Assembly: GCF_009914755.1 (NCBI RefSeq)
Contig: NC_060935.1
Length of the DNA stretch: 64,000 bases
Source of the DNA: the human T2T-CHM13v2.0 reference genome, Homo sapiens
Reading direction: 5' to 3' (one strand)
The notes beneath the pieces were generated by a model. It was given only the letters and a program-made list of their open reading frames with translations, was not told the DNA's origin and made no database searches. Made by a program: the position numbers and the translations under genes. Shown here in pieces: positions 61,420 through 64,000 of the stretch (position 1 is its first letter; each line of letters opens with the position of its first letter).

Positions 61420-61640
61420 TGAAGGCAGGTTGCCTAGTTTAAATGTCTATCCTGAAATATAGTAGTAGTAAAACCATGGGCAGATTGATTTTCCCTTTTA
61501 AGTCTCTATTTCCTCATCTGTATACTAGAGTAAACATAACATCTTCCTCATAGAGAGGACTTTAAGGATTAAATAAGATATGATTTTCTACCATTTCGAC
61601 CAATGACTGGTAAATAGTAAATGCTCTATTAATATTAGCC
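61420..61640 (+). mobile_element. MIR SINE
   Basis: tctctatttcctcatctgtat...taaggattaaataagata. Confidence 0.65.
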
Positions 61641-63809
61641 TTTCTTATTCTAATTCTCATCCTAGCTATTTATTATGTGTCAAACATTGCTCTGTGTTCA
61701 AGATAGAAAGCCATAAATCAGAGCTCCTAGCCACAAGAAGTACCTATCCTAGTGTGTAAGACTGAAAACAAACCAATAATCTAAGTGTGCTGTGGTGAGT
61801 GATAGTGTGGAATGCTGGCGGTTGCATGTGTGTTAATGGAACACAATGAGAATTACCCAAAATCACATTTGAGCTAGTGATGGAATAGGAATTATATCAT
61901 AGATCCACTCTAGCATACCAACTTCTCTGAGATTTTAATCTCCTCTTTCACTATCTGCCATCACTACTCTTACATTTTGACCTCTCTTATTGCAGACCAC
62001 CAGGTCTTCTTCCTTCTAGGGGTTATCTTGGCAGCAAGTGAACAAACTCTTCCTGGTCCTTGCCAGGGTAATAAACTCTGTATCATGGAAGAATGACCCC
62101 AAATTGATAGACTTCGCTTGGCCCACTTTATATTCCTCTCATCTTGAACATGCACTCTGAGAATAAAGTACAACACTCGGTATACTCTCCCTCCTCTAGC
62201 TGGTGTTTACTGGATAAATCTTGCAGCTTCTTTAGAGTGTAGTCTCTTTGCTCCTCTATTGGGTCCAGTATGTCCCTGGCTGGGTTGTAACTTAGTCCAA
62301 GTTTTTGGCTTAGTGATCAATAAGGGAGCTGGGACTTAAGCTTTCATGTTGGAGAGTGTCCTCCACGTAATCTTCAAGTAAGAAGGGAATACTAATCCAG
62401 CAATGAGTAGGTCACTTCTGCAAGCTCAGTACTGATAAAAGGAAGAAGAATAACCTTTCCTAGATGATATTTTCCACAGACATACTGTTTTGCTGGAGTT
62501 TTTCCATAACACTTTCATTCTTTTATATTTTACATGTGTATTAACATCATGGAGGATTTTCAAATGCATAGCTTCAATAATAATTTGTACTTTACCATGT
62601 AAGGTGTACTTTTAAATTTTTACAACAAAGTCTGAGCATGTCAGGATGATGAGTTTATATTTAACATGATTTGCCTTTTAAAAAGAAACAAAATTGGAAA
62701 GAAAATAAATAGCATATGATTCTGAAGAAGAAAATAAATTCTGCTATGGAGGTTAAAAGAAAATAAATAATTTAAAAATATTTGAAAGTATAAAAACAAT
62801 CATCTCTGCTTTTAAATGAAAAACTAAAATGTGTGACAACCCTTGAAGAGCCTTTCTTATAAATAGACATAACATAAGTTCCTGTATTTTTCAGATAGGC
62901 ATGCTTTTGTCTGCTAAATCTCAGTTTTCCAGACTCCAAGTAAATGCAGAAAAGTAACGTAAAAACAAAACAAAACACACCTACTATAGATTCTTCTACA
63001 GCCTTTTCTTTGTCTTTTGTTTGTTCTTTAGTTATGAATTTATAACAAATATTTTAAGATTTATTATTATTAAATTTTAAAAATGACAAGAACCAGGGTC
63101 GTGAATGTAGCACGTAAAACAAAAGCACATTCTTCATAATATTGGAGTAAGGAGATAGTTCAAAAGTTGCTGTGGTCATTAACAGCTCACTGTTATGAAC
63201 TGGTGGGCAAGGCAGCCCAGATTAATGGCCTGGGAACAGAAATTACACTAACAGATTTTTAAAATTGTTGCTAGCTTCTAAAATAATATACAGTGTTCTC
63301 AGATGCAGTGACCTGTTTAGGTAAAGTAGAGCAGATGCTCCATAACCACCTTTAATAACAAAAACCAACATGAATATAACAGCAAAATAAGTTAAATCCA
63401 CTTTATGGTGTCAGAGAAGTCTGCACACATAGAATTTGATTAGAAAAATAGACAAGATATTTGAGGAAATACTTTTTTCACTAGTTTAAAATTTCCAGAA
63501 TATCTTTACTCATATGTCTCTTTTCAAAATACTATTGACATCTGAAGAGTATAATAACCAATGTTAATATGCTGGCACATACATTATTTTTCAGCAATGG
63601 GATTTTTTTTCAGACTTCCAACTTGAGTATGAGTACTGCTATTTGTATTTTTAATCTATAACCAAATACGCCCATTTTTAAAATATCTATTGAGCACTTA
63701 CTACGTAAAATGACACTGTAAAGGGTATTTTGTTGACTGCCAAAACAAATGGGCATAGATTTTGACCTCAAGGGACTGTGCCAAAAAACTATTAGAATTG
63801 AGAAACAAA

Positions 63810-63930
63810 TGTAGTAGTTTCAGAATACAAAATCAACATGTAGAAATCAGCAGCATTGCTATATACCAACAGAAAACAATCTGAAAAAGACACAAAGAAA
63901 GTAATCTCATTTACGATAGGTAGAAATAAA
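63810..63930 (+). mobile_element. L1 ORF2 fragment
   Basis: gtttcagaatacaaaatcaacatgtagaaatcagcagcattgctatataccaac. Confidence 0.7.
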
Positions 63931-64000
63931 TGGGATTGTGTTGGGTGCATATATATATAGGGTAGTTAGGTCTTCTTGTTGACTTGAAACCTTTACCATT

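Overview
AT-rich, repeat-dense primate (human/great-ape-like) genomic DNA. It contains Alu, L1PA/L1M, MIR, L2, THE1A, MST/MLT, MER52, MER4-like, MER1A and MADE2 elements, and no intact protein-coding gene; the long ORFs in the track are L1 ORF2 fragments or chance ORFs in LTRs. The main signal lies between the repeats in the left 26 kb. On the minus strand, from an ATG at 26089 to beyond position 1, about 20 decayed segments translate into divergent, repeated pieces of CR1/L3 LINE ORF2 (RT subdomains and the C-terminal region). Many are bounded by AG/GT splice sites, several with matching phases, and they follow a signal-peptide-like first exon. My reading is an ancient, intron-containing gene built from CR1 ORF2 modules, possibly secreted and now a pseudogene; I do not recognise it as a named gene. 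The CR1 comparisons were made by eye against a consensus recalled from memory and need HMM confirmation. Repeat subfamily names and most repeat boundaries are also by-eye calls. Secondary findings include a short L1 3' transduction, a ~255-bp templated duplication into an LTR, a TSD-less L1 beside the first exon, a THE1A with a deleted 5' LTR and a 42-bp-arm hairpin.
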